64,000 nucleotides of DNA from Squalus acanthias (Eukaryota). The translations under genes were made by a program, and so were the position numbers. Location of the stretch: NCBI GenBank assembly GCA_030390025.1, contig CM059425.1:168890001-168954000 (forward strand). Reading direction: 5' to 3'. Below the pieces are notes generated by a model. It was not told the origin of the DNA. It saw only the letters and a program-made list of their open reading frames with translations, and did no database searches. Positions 63,427 through 64,000 of this stretch are shown one piece after another (position 1 is the stretch's first letter; every line of letters starts with the position of its first letter).

Positions 63427-63920
63427 GGCCTGTAATTTGCAGTCAGTGGCAAAGCGACGGCGATCACCGCTGACCTTGAAGAAAGCTTCCCACAGAGATC
63501 TCGCGATCTCTTTGGCGAGAACTTTAGCTTCCTCGATGTGAAATTGATTGTAACATTGTCAAAAGTGGAACTCCACCGAAGAGCAGCAGTGATGTCAGCA
63601 AGCTGTCTAAGCAGCCAATCACGTTGAATTCTCAGAGAACAAACCAGGAAATGAAACGCACTGATTATTTGCACTTTTTAAAAATGTTAGAGAGCGAAAT
63701 AAAGATTGAGACATATACATGGGCTTACGGTAGAAGCTGAAATATCATGAACAAACTTTAAAAAAAAAAAATTTTTTAATCTAGTAATTTTTATCATGGA
63801 GAAATTTGACATTCCACAAATATAAAATTCGTTTTTCAGGGCCAGAACAGTTGTTTAACAGTCAATATGCTGTTAAAACCCCAGGTACACCTATTCCAAC
63901 CAGGCGTAACATTTAATGGG
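63427..63920. mobile_element. Harbinger-like MITE end related to 35326-38499, in the opposite orientation
   Basis: TATTGGCCTGTAATTTGCAGTCAGTGGCAAAG resembles the reverse complement of 38470-38503. Confidence 0.5.
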
Positions 63921-64000
63921 TCAGGCAGCATCTGTGGAGAGAGAAACGGAGTTAACGTTTCAGGTCGATGACATTTCATGAGAACTGGAAAATTTTTAGA
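63921..64000 (-). mobile_element. Penelope-like terminal fragment with a degenerate hammerhead motif
   Basis: Minus strand reads AGTT-CTCATGA-AATGTC(ATC)GACCT-GAA-ACGT-T-AACT. Confidence 0.55.

Overview
Vertebrate genomic DNA, most likely from a cartilaginous fish (inferred from HE1/V-SINE-like and Deu-domain SINEs, esterase-type CR1 and Penelope termini). The window holds 11 consecutive internal coding exons of PPIP5K2 on the + strand (11248-62976). They splice in frame, cover the histidine-phosphatase-like domain (RHGDRTP), and include one GC-AG intron. The introns are packed with mobile DNA. (i) A ~9.75 kb, nearly perfectly homogeneous 20-bp satellite (~487 units) sits exactly where the 5' end of a tRNA-derived SINE should be, and its unit matches that SINE head. 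(ii) There are four two-gene PIF/Harbinger transposons (HARBI1-like DDE transposase convergent with a spliced Myb/SANT gene); three have readable TIRs and 3-bp TSDs, and one is split over ~13 kb by nested CR1 LINEs. (iii) There are many CR1 and L2 LINEs, including a young CR1 with an 885-aa EN+RT ORF. (iv) A 174-bp Penelope-like insertion with a 15-bp TSD forms a 57-bp-arm hairpin and carries a minimal hammerhead ribozyme motif. The three ~3300-aa ORFs are artefacts of the satellite. All calls were made by eye, and repeat boundaries without a TIR or TSD are approximate.
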